A stretch of DNA of 64,000 nucleotides from the NCBI GenBank assembly GCA_040285825.1, contig JAUPSS010000001.1, positions 1,240,001 through 1,304,000 of the forward strand, read 5' to 3'. Made by a program: the position numbers and the translations under genes. Shown one piece after another: positions 24,810-34,743 of the stretch. The notes under the pieces were generated by a model, which saw only the letters and a list, made by a program, of their open reading frames with translations, did not search any database and was not told the origin of the DNA. The stretch comes from Eukaryota sp. TZLM1-RC (lineage: Eukaryota > Protista > Metamonada: BaSk clade). Each line of letters begins with the position of its first letter. The stretch's first letter is position 1.

Positions 24810-26635
24810 TTGGTCATGTTTACTAACAATACTTCCATTTCAGCTGGTTTCAACCATTTTCTTGCCTTCACCTCTAACGGCAAGTTGTATGGTTGGGGTT
24901 CCAATTCCAGTCAGGAATTCACTATGCCAAGCAGCAAGTCCTTACCAATTACTCCAATAAACATTCCTTATATCATTAAAATAGTTCATGCTTGTCCTAA
25001 TTCTTCGTTAGTTTTGACCCAAGAAGGTCAAGTTGTTAAGTGGGGAGATGGTAAATCATTTGAAAAATTCTTCTTATGGAAGAATTAAATAATATTGATT
25101 TTACTGTTATTGCTGGTGCATCATTATCGCAATTGATTCTATTGGCAATTTTTTCTATTACAGTGGGAGGCGTTTCACCAAGATACCAGTTACTCAGTAT
25201 TTAACTCCACGAACACCGTTCAAGAGTTCTGTTTCATTTGTCAAGGATGTAGATGTGATGAATATTGTTATGTAATAGACATAAATGGTGATGTTTGGGG
25301 TTGAAAAGAGGGCTTGATGAAATCTCTTTCAATAACAAACCCACTCAAGTTAAAGGGTTAAGTAATATTGTTTCTAATATTTTATCTAAGGATGTTTATG
25401 CTGCTATTAATATTCATGGTAAAGTTTTGTGTGGGGTGGTTTAAGCAGAATAAGTGAGTTTTAGGAAGATAGTAATGAACCAATTTTTCTTGAAGCGCTC
25501 ACTAATGTAGAAGGTATTTCAGTAGGTTATGAATTGCTATTTGCCTACAACAAAAACACTTTTTGGGCTTGGGGAAGAAATGATAAAGGTCAATTAGGTA
25601 CAGTTGATTTGATTGATCGACCACAACCTGTCATAATATTTGGATCTGAAATACTTGGAAGTTTTCATTATCCAAAACAACCTGTGGATAGAATGTTTAA
25701 GATTGTTTATTGGGAATTATATGAGTTTTTGAAAACCTTGTTTGGTAATCAGCCTTATGTTGAAGCAAGATTTTGCACCAAATATTCAATCAGCAAGAGA
25801 GTGGCCAAGCCTGCGCAAGAAGTGTTTAATGATCATTTTATTTAAAATTCGATATTTTGAAATGATCCTCAGGATTTAACATTGAAAGAAAATATTTGTG
25901 AATTACGATTGCGATTAACAACTGCTGCCAAAGGTATCAAAGTAATTAATACTAGAATCAGAACACTTGACGTTTTTTTGATGAAGTACCTTACGATTCA
26001 CAATTATATTCATTGTTCCCAGTTGTTGCAGTTGTTAAAATTGGTGGAATGTCGAGATATGATGATTTTTTTGCTATAAATTTACCAAATTTATCAAATC
26101 TCAAATATCTACACCTTGATTATTCATCTGAAATAGAACAATTACCCACTTCACTAGTGAAGTTAATATTCATCGATAATTACACTGAATTTTCTGATTT
26201 AAGCTACCTTACCTCATTAACCAAATAAGTGGCTTGGTATGAAGACTCTGATAGTCGGTTAGAAGGAGAAATACCTCTACCTCAATCACTTGTTAGATTG
26301 GAAGTGCTTATATTAACTTCATTATATTGAAGTGCAATTACTAAACTTGAAGGATTTAATAATGCATGGTCATGAATGCACCAATATAACTGAACAAAAC
26401 TTTCCTTCTTTAAAATTCATTCGATTGATTATACCTGATAAAGACAGTCTGTCAGATTCTCCCATATCTACAACAAAACTTTTTAATCAAGGTTTAATTA
26501 AATCTGTTAAAGTAATCAAGAGCGACTTTTTGGTTGAATTATCTTCTTTCCATGGTGGATTCATTATCCAGCTGAAATGTATTTGGTTGATGTTTTCAGT
26601 GACCACATAGGTGGTGATTATGAAAAGTTTTGATT
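24810..26635 (+). pseudogene. Decayed RCC1-repeat plus LRR-like gene
   Basis: ISAGFNHFLA..GKLYGWGSN and WAWGRNDKGQLG RCC1 motifs; C-terminal LPTSLVKL/ITEQNFPSL shared with 45018-47269; several stops and frameshifts. Confidence 0.8.
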
Positions 26636-27261
26636 ATTGTCTGTGTTAATTGAAATTCTTTACAATTGTTTTTTTGTTGATCAATTTCCAGTTATCGTAA
26701 GCAATGTTTTTTATTTTTGTCCATAATTTATATGAACTTAACATTGTATTTCAAGGACTTTGCCAAATCTAAAAGAAAGCATTAGTAGCTTGGTTTTCCA
26801 AGGCTGTGTCTTTGAATCCCTGAAATTGTCATTTCTATAAGAATACTGGTGTCAATACCTTGGGAAACCGTAATTCGGCCTTTACAGCTTTTTTGTCAGT
26901 TTTTGAGATCAAAAGCTTTTTGATAAAGTATTCTTGCTACTTTGCCATAACAATAACTCGACATAAAACCAAATAGTGACTTTATTATTTCTTCAGCTTA
27001 ATATTTACTGTTTTCAAAACAACGTCTTCCTTTGATTGACGGATGTTCCTTATTCATATTTAGATGAAATGCACCACATGGAATCGATATTTTCAAACAT
27101 AGAGCACAGACTTTTGAAATTATATTTCCATAGACAAATGCTCAAATATATGATGGTTCACTAGTGAATTGGCCTCCTTGAATTGCACAGTCAATGCTCC
27201 CAAGTAGCTCAACACTATTGGTACATTGAGCAACTAATACCCTTTAAAGAGTCACTGTCCA

Positions 27262-27805
27262 ATGAAAACTATTGTCGGAGACATAGAAATAATTAAAATT
27301 GGATATGAGATGTGGAAAAATGGATACCTATTTATAATTGAAAAAAATGGTGTTGCATGGAAGTTCAACAAGGGGGATGATGAAGATCCTTTTAAACACA
27401 AACTTCCCAAAGTTCCTGATTTAAGTAGTATTGTTTTTACTAATGGGTGTGATGGTATATTCACTGCTATTGATGTTGATGGGAAAGTTTTCTGTGTGGG
27501 ATGACGTGAACTTCATTAGTGAAGATTATGAAGATGGTGAGAAACCAGTTCATGTTCAAGGTTTAACCATTGGTGAAGGCATCTCAGTAGGCGAAAACTT
27601 TCTTTTCGCTTATCATAAAAACACTGTTTGGGTTAGGGGAAGGAAACATAAACATCAATTAGGTACAGGCGATTTGATTGATTGACATCAACCCATCAGC
27701 CTATTCGGAAATGAATATTTTGAAGTTTTCGATCATTCAAATCAACCTTTGGATAGAATGTTTAGTTGTCTTATTCAGCTTGTTTATTGGGAAAATATTG
27801 AACAA
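27262..27805 (+). pseudogene. Fragment of the same RCC1-repeat family
   Basis: NGVAWKF..KVPDLSSI..GKVF..EGISVG..QLGTGDLID. Confidence 0.7.
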
Positions 27806-28135
27806 TTTGGTAAGGTTGCAACAATTGAGTTGCTTTACACCACAGTCAGATTATGGCAAATCTGTGTTCAAGCTCAAATCTGTGTTCAAGCTCAAAATGT
27901 ACATTAACAGATTGTTTTTGAGGAGAACGTTATAGATCAGTTTTCAACAGTGGATATACAGTTTAAGCAATGATTTGAATTTTAATAAAGAATTCATTTG
28001 GAAAAACATACAAAAAGCAATACAAAACACACATAGAAATCAAGAAACAAAATTTAATTCAAAAATTACTGAAACAACCAAAATAATATCAATTTATATA
28101 CTACAATTACAAAAAAACACAAACCCTAACTAACC

Positions 28136-30988
28136 CTAACCCAATTTAGCTATACTTGATCCAAAAGCTAACGGATTAACTAGACCATTGACATCCGAAC
28201 CGCAGTGAGCAATGGTAACGCATCTTGCTTCCTTTGGATTTGGTAATAAACAATCTTGTAAAATATGAGTCAATCTTGAATTTCTAAAGGGAATGTGACT
28301 GGCACCTACTTGGATGGAGGTCAAAACATCTCCCAAAGCGGCAAGTGACCTAGACACTCTGCTGAGTGGTGATGACGTGGCACTTGTCGGATTTGGCACT
28401 GTTTGAGATTTCGACGAATCTGATTGAGCACAGTCTAGGAAACTGACACGTGTCTGATGACGTTGATTACTGACCAGGTCAAGTATATCAAAAGTAATTG
28501 AAATCAATCGATGTGTACGTGATGAATGAGGCTCTGACGTGACAATAAGGTCAGAAAAAGAAAGAAAATCATCAGCGCACGACAATGGAATGTGAATAAA
28601 CGATCCCAACGATGAAAATTTGTCAGTTTTGAATGGAGAAATGTCATCTTCAGATAAAAGATCGACAACATGATTGGAAGTCACGTCAATCGCACAAAAG
28701 GAAACCGAAACTGACTGAGTTTCCGAATAATGTGACATGTTTTGGAAAATATAATCTATTGTTTTGTGAATCAACCCAGTATCAGAAGAGCATCCGAAAA
28801 GAGAGTAACTTTTTCCGCTCGACTTGGGACCATAAGCTACGTACAATAGTGAAGTTGCTTCCAAAGGTAGAACGGAAAGTTCCTTGATGTAATCAAAAAT
28901 GATTGAATTTTGGAGACCTGGGTCAAAATAACCATTGATTTGATAGTTTCTTTGTTCACCGTCGATGGTGACGTTTACATTGCCCACTGATGATGTGTCA
29001 ATTGTGACGTACGGGTTTTTTTCAAATAAACTTCTAAATCTTGAAAGTACCAAAACTCGCTTGTTACTATTTTCGGAATCAAACCAGTACTGTGGCTCAC
29101 GATTATCAATCAAACCAACGTCATCTTCTGCTTGAAATGGATTATCTGTGTGCAAGTCTTCTAAAGTCAAAGATTGATTAGGATTGATTGACTGCTTCCC
29201 GACTGGCTTGACGATAGTTTCCGTTTTGGTTTTGTTGAAAGGACTGGTCAAAGCCCGAGGTGAAAATTCCACCACACGTGATTTGAGCTCTTCTGATCCC
29301 ATCACGTCACCACTGACACCTGTCGTGAGCTGTTCTTTCTCTATCATTTCGTTTCTATTCAAACTTCGCATCTTGGACCAACATCCTGCCATTTCAAAGG
29401 ACATATTGGTTAAACTTATAGTCATTTGCTGGAAGGAGGTCTTTGTAAGTTCTTTGATGAATCGTTGGCAACGCTTGACACTTGAAACGTCTTGACTGAG
29501 CTTGACTAATCGTGACTTAATGTAATCATTTTGATTGGATAAATAATTGATTCTGGCTAACAAAACCTTGCCTGCAGAGCACACATCACCATTTGATTCC
29601 AATAAAACCTTTGCCGCACTCAATGTAGCATTCTCAGAAGGACTTTGCTTGACTTCTGATTGATCACGTGACGTATTGACCGTCGGTAACGTTGATTGAT
29701 ACGTATTTCTATCAATAGCCAGCTGAACAAACCTCAATGTTTCATCCCTTAGAGCATCAAGTCTACCTTGTTCACTCACAAGCTTTTCATTTACCTCCTC
29801 CAACTCTGTATTGGCAATTCTTAGTGATTTAATTTCAGCATTCATTGAATCAATAGTTTTCTTTAAATGTGTAAGTAAATCAGAACTTTCATCCATATTG
29901 AGTTGTTTTGATTGACGGTTATTTATCCACGTCATCAGGTCATTAAACTGATTATTGAGCCCCTTAATGACCTCCTCCTGATCCTTAATCGTCATACCAC
30001 GCTTTTCAATCTCCTCTTCCAATGTTGAAATCTTATGCTTCATGTACTGCTTGAGTTGGTCAATTTCTACTCTTAATTCATGTTCACAATGCTCGCTTTC
30101 TTGGTATTGGTCTTTTAAGGTGGAAATTTCATTGGATAATGAGGTGACAATGTCCTTGAAGAAGTTGAGGTTGCCCACGTCATCATTTTGAGCAATGACG
30201 TGTCCATCTTGACTAATGTTGAAATTTTCGTTGATATATGATTGAAGCTCGTTAAATTGATTGGTGAGTTCATTAATAGTTTCATCTTTTTGAGCTAAAA
30301 CGTCATCCTTCTCTGCAATGACGTCATCTTTTTGAGCTGATTCCTGTAAAACTCTCTCTAATTCCAATTCCAAGCTAGAAATTTTAAACTCATAATCACG
30401 TACTGCTTCGCTGCTGACGTCATCATTCTGATCTTCAACATCGTCATTCTGAGCTTTTGCTTCTTTTAGCTCCTCAAATTGACTCTTCAACTGCCTATAT
30501 GAAAGAGTAAGTGTATCCAGCTTATCTTGAATAGCATCCTGATCAGCTTGGGCTTGGCGAAGTTCTTTGTCGTGAGTTTCCATAAGGTCTGCACAGTTAG
30601 AACAAGGCTGAGGAGGAGGAGTAGCTGGTTTGACATGAGATGATGTGGGTGCCGACGTGTCAGCAAGAGTTGATGACGTGGCAATTTTTGATGAAGTGGC
30701 ATGAGGGGTTTGGTTTGGAGGAGAAGGGGGAGGGGATGGACGATCAGATTCCGAGCAGTAGTTGGGTGTGTTGAGGTTGGTTCTGGATGTGTCACCGAGT
30801 GCAGAGAGTTTCTTGCGGCGACGGTCTTGATGGCGACGTTTGGCTTCGGCATAGTAGATGTTCCATTGGTCGTTACCGAGAAGTTCGCGATATTCTAGAA
30901 GTTCAGATTTCTCATGTTCTGTCAAGCGGTTTGAGGGCTTTTTGGAGAAGTTTTTGCGAAGAAGGAGGAAGAGTCTCTCCTCGTCCAT
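28136..30988 (-). CDS. Kinesin-like protein with long coiled coil and C-terminal (kinesin-14-type) divergent motor domain
   Basis: AYGPKSSGKSYS P-loop, VDLL, SSRTH, FLDCAQSD, SLAALGDV, HIPFRNSRLTHILQDCL. Confidence 0.85.
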   Translation of the reverse strand: MDEERLFLLLRKNFSKKPSNRLTEHEKSELLEYRELLGNDQWNIYYAEAKRRHQDRRRKKLSALGDTSRTNLNTPNYCSESDRPSPPPSPPNQTPHATSSKIATSSTLADTSAPTSSHVKPATPPPQPCSNCADLMETHDKELRQAQADQDAIQDKLDTLTLSYRQLKSQFEELKEAKAQNDDVEDQNDDVSSEAVRDYEFKISSLELELERVLQESAQKDDVIAEKDDVLAQKDETINELTNQFNELQSYINENFNISQDGHVIAQNDDVGNLNFFKDIVTSLSNEISTLKDQYQESEHCEHELRVEIDQLKQYMKHKISTLEEEIEKRGMTIKDQEEVIKGLNNQFNDLMTWINNRQSKQLNMDESSDLLTHLKKTIDSMNAEIKSLRIANTELEEVNEKLVSEQGRLDALRDETLRFVQLAIDRNTYQSTLPTVNTSRDQSEVKQSPSENATLSAAKVLLESNGDVCSAGKVLLARINYLSNQNDYIKSRLVKLSQDVSSVKRCQRFIKELTKTSFQQMTISLTNMSFEMAGCWSKMRSLNRNEMIEKEQLTTGVSGDVMGSEELKSRVVEFSPRALTSPFNKTKTETIVKPVGKQSINPNQSLTLEDLHTDNPFQAEDDVGLIDNREPQYWFDSENSNKRVLVLSRFRSLFEKNPYVTIDTSSVGNVNVTIDGEQRNYQINGYFDPGLQNSIIFDYIKELSVLPLEATSLLYVAYGPKSSGKSYSLFGCSSDTGLIHKTIDYIFQNMSHYSETQSVSVSFCAIDVTSNHVVDLLSEDDISPFKTDKFSSLGSFIHIPLSCADDFLSFSDLIVTSEPHSSRTHRLISITFDILDLVSNQRHQTRVSFLDCAQSDSSKSQTVPNPTSATSSPLSRVSRSLAALGDVLTSIQVGASHIPFRNSRLTHILQDCLLPNPKEARCVTIAHCGSDVNGLVNPLAFGSSIAKLG

Positions 30989-31185
30989 TGGGTATTAAAG
31001 TAGATAGTATGGAAGCTTTAATTGAATGAGATGACTAATTAACCTTTGGAGAATTGTTAAATTACAATTAGCCAAATTCCTCGTGTATAATACGCTACAC
31101 GGTGCAACCTCTGGATACAACTATTCATATAAACAAAGTATAATTCCACTTGAACAATTTAGTTCAGGATCTACAATTCATACCA

Positions 31186-31327
31186 TGATTCGGTTTTTCA
31201 ATCAAATAAGAGGAGCTTTAGCTAGACAGCAAGCAGATTAGGATTTTGTAGAAGATATCTTGTTTCAATGATAGTTGTCCCATTGGATATGAATTAATTT
31301 AATTAAGTGTGCATGTTCAATAAATAT
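31186..31327 (+). mobile_element. Short 3' end of non-LTR family C
   Basis: Matches 19880-20017. Confidence 0.75.
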
Positions 31328-31763
31328 CAATATCATGATAACATGATTCTCAACAAAAAGAGAATCATGCCAAAGAAAAGGGTGACCATTATGCTGTATT
31401 GCCATTGTCATGCTGTTGACACAAGCAAATGCAGAATTAAAATATTGAATCCCTGATAATTTATTTATTTTCGGTTAACAAAATGATATCAAATTTGTTG
31501 TTTTCACTTTTTAGTGGATTTCTGAACTGAACAATGTTTTTTTGAAACAGTTAATTATATACATGATTTATACACTCAGCGAAAAACTTTAATAGTAAGT
31601 GTGAAGACCAACAAAGGAGAAAACATACAAGAAATGGTATAATTGGAACCAACAACGATCAGCGGTTGAATATGGTTCCTGATGAACTTCTCCTGATTCC
31701 ACTATGCAAGAGTTGCATCTAGTTTTTTTCGAGATCTGGATTATGGAGGTTCTGGTTTATTAG

Positions 31764-32765
31764 GTGTTCGATAAATCTATTACTGTAGTTCTCAATCATT
31801 GGTTCAGGATGGAATGCAGGGTCAATGAAATTGATCAAATTGATGCGGACATTTTGCAAAAAATTAAAATCCTCCTCATGCCCCACAAACCCAATAAAGC
31901 AGTCATTCATGATGGCGATTCTTGTCATGAAGACCAGAACGCCCGTCTTGATTCATCACAAAAGGTCGTAGTAAATGAAGATTCTGATTCTGAAACGAAT
32001 TCTGTACAACTTCAACATCTACAACACGACGATGATTCTTCTAGCTCAGATGATGTTTATTACAGTGGAGATGAGGCTAACACTCAAGATTCCAAGCAAC
32101 CTCATAACCCCATAATTCCCTCTCTTGTTCAGTCATCTCAGAAATCCAAAGAAGAGGCTCCTTCCGATCAAACTACCACTAGTAATCAAAAACCAAACTC
32201 CAAGTTAGAAGACAAAATTCTTCCTCCATTTGGAGTACCTTGGAATTCCAAGCCTAGGGCACAACCATCTGTTCCACCAGTTCAGCAGATCTTATCCGAT
32301 TCGGATTCCTCAGATACTGACTCTGACGATGATATAATAGGTCCTGTTGATGGTCTTGAGCATAAAGCAAAGGAGTTGTCCGAACAATGGGGAAGCAAGC
32401 TTTCAGATGAAATGACTATCAAGGAATTGATATCCCTTAAACACAATATGACTGCATTGAAAAACCAAACCCAACCCCAGCCAGAGGATTCTATTCCTTT
32501 TGCCCATTTGTATGCAAGAGTCATTATTCAGCAAGTCTTGTCAAAACTTCACAAGATGTGCGAAGAAGCTCAACAGTCTATTGTAAAAATAAGAGATCCA
32601 AACAAGATTGATGAGGGATTTCAAAATGTAAAACAGGGTTCACTCATTCCTTTTCAATACAAGGGAGAAGATGTAAGAGCCCAAATTATTGATGAATTGA
32701 TAAAGAGATCAATTGCCTTTGCCGAGGATAGGTCGTTTAATACAGTTTATGCCTTTTGTAAATAA
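31764..32765 (+). CDS. Hypothetical protein of a repeated family; start uncertain (first ATG 31809)
   Basis: 333-codon ORF with Ser/Asp/Pro-rich middle; C-terminal part duplicated at 5678-6570. Confidence 0.55.
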   Translation: MFDKSITVVLNHWFRMECRVNEIDQIDADILQKIKILLMPHKPNKAVIHDGDSCHEDQNARLDSSQKVVVNEDSDSETNSVQLQHLQHDDDSSSSDDVYYSGDEANTQDSKQPHNPIIPSLVQSSQKSKEEAPSDQTTTSNQKPNSKLEDKILPPFGVPWNSKPRAQPSVPPVQQILSDSDSSDTDSDDDIIGPVDGLEHKAKELSEQWGSKLSDEMTIKELISLKHNMTALKNQTQPQPEDSIPFAHLYARVIIQQVLSKLHKMCEEAQQSIVKIRDPNKIDEGFQNVKQGSLIPFQYKGEDVRAQIIDELIKRSIAFAEDRSFNTVYAFCK

Positions 32766-32958
32766 ATTTCGAGTTTTGTACATTGTCATTTTGTTTTTGC
32801 AGAAAAAAAGAAATATTCCAGTTTTTTAAAAAAAAGTTTTTGCAGAATAAGTAAATCTATATAGTATATTCAGTATTTGAATTAGCCTCGACTCAAGCAG
32901 TATTAGAAATACGAGTCAAGTCTGACTGAATGTTATTCAATTTTAATGTTTCATCATT

Positions 32959-33273
32959 GTGTTTTACAAAATTGTTGATCAGAGGTCTTCTCATCGCGAT
33001 ACTAAACGTGTCCATTGCAAGTATTGTTCAAGAACCCTCCTTGGTACAGCTCGAAAGTTCACCGCTCTCACTGTGCTGAAGAATTGTCAAATAATTTATG
33101 CTCTGTGTGAGAATGTCTCCTTTACCCCTATCAGATCACTCAACAATGCTTCTAATAGTGAACAACATCAAGCTTTACCTTTTCCCGAAACTGAAGCTCC
33201 CGCTACAAAACAACCACATTTTGATGAAGTTCTGAAGGAATTGATTGCTGAAGAATTAGCAAATGAGAGATGA
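32959..33273 (+). pseudogene. Possible BED zinc-finger (hAT-type transposase N-terminus) fragment
   Basis: F....RVHCKYC motif; truncated at the segmental-duplication boundary. Confidence 0.35.
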
Positions 33274-33479
33274 TCAAAAAATTTGTTCAGTACAAACTCA
33301 AAAATTTTTATTCATTAATTATGGCGAATAAATATAATATTATTTTTGGGATTTCTCTAATAATGACAATTATAAAAACAACAAAACACCAAGTGTAATG
33401 GTTGCAACTTTTAGATAACATCAACGAATAGTGACAGAGCCAATGGATCAATTTCATTTCATACATGATAAAACAACTA

Positions 33480-33587
33480 TTTATTAAAAAAAGTAACAAA
33501 ACATAACAAAACAAACTAAAACACGTAAGAAACAAAATTCTCCACGCCAACTCTTGATGAATCCTTATACAGCTTGGCCATCATTAA
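33480..33587 (-). mobile_element. ~110-bp 3' end of non-LTR family D (also at ~48357-48463)
   Basis: Reverse complement matches 13550-13630. Confidence 0.7.
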
Positions 33588-34743
33588 AGTAGATTTAATA
33601 ATTTTGGTTCATTTAGATTAAATTTATAATACCAACAAATATCATTTGCTTTTAAAATTAGGGATAAATTTGGGAGCGGGTAATTATACTCAATCATTAA
33701 TTTAAAAACTCTTTCATAATCATCAATTAATTGTTCAAAACAATCTATCTCACAATTATTTTTTATTATGAAATCAATCGCAAAATATTTTATTTTGAAT
33801 TCATCTCTAACATAAATAAATGGTTCAGCATTGATCAACTTGACAATATTTTCTTTTGACAACATATGTGAAAAATTCATTAAAAATATTTTTGATTTTT
33901 GTTAATCACAGATTCAACAATAACTAAGGTTGAATATTTTGAAGTGGAACAACAACCTAATACTGAAAGTATTACTGATGATGACATTCTTATTGGAAAA
34001 ATCCTGATGATATTGTTGATAGTGAAGTTGAACATAAAATCAGTAATTATATTGAACTTTTTAATAAGTTCAGAGAATCAAATTTTCTTCATAAAGATGA
34101 TTTAGATATCAGATTAGAATCTATCGATAGCTTTGTTGAAAGACTTAATTCAGAAACGAGTTCACTTTATGCATCTGCATAGGGTATGATGAAATGTCTT
34201 TGAGTGAATCACATCCTTTATTGAAGTGTTTCGATAATATGGTGCAATAATTACCTATTGATTCTGTAGTTCAAAATTTCAGTATCTTCTAGGGTTAGAA
34301 TAAATTTGATTTGGTAAATTCATTGAAATCTGGAGCCCAGACCACTTCGATTTTCATCCATACGATTTTCTATTGAGTGGGTTACGGGTTATATGAGCCT
34401 ACTGCTGGGGCTGTGGAGGCGTGGGAATAGAAAGTTGTTCGGGGAGGAGCTGTGGAAAGGCGTGATTGGCCGAAGGTTTGCTTGAAGGGAAGTCTCGGAT
34501 TGTAATACACGGGTCCAGGTTTATGAAGTCTTTGCTCAAAGTGTCATTTTCATTATGGCAATTCTCATGTAGCACGATATGCCCAAAATTGAGTAATAAA
34601 TGGTGGTCTAGATGGGGCGCATATTGATCGTGACAAATATGTGAAATATGTTGTGTGAAATGGCACCTATGACCATTGGGAAATAGAAATCAGCATGAGG
34701 GAATCCTCATTGGCAATTTTGGTAATTATCATATTTTCTCGCA

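Noticed and set aside
27857-27897. 18-bp tandem duplication caaatctgtgttcaagct
   Set aside because: Isolated slippage event next to a pseudogene
33584-33880. Short AT-rich ORFs duplicated at 48460-48756 (and 44090-44284 / 62167-62454)
   Set aside because: Conservation is explained by the recent segmental duplication; no recognisable domain
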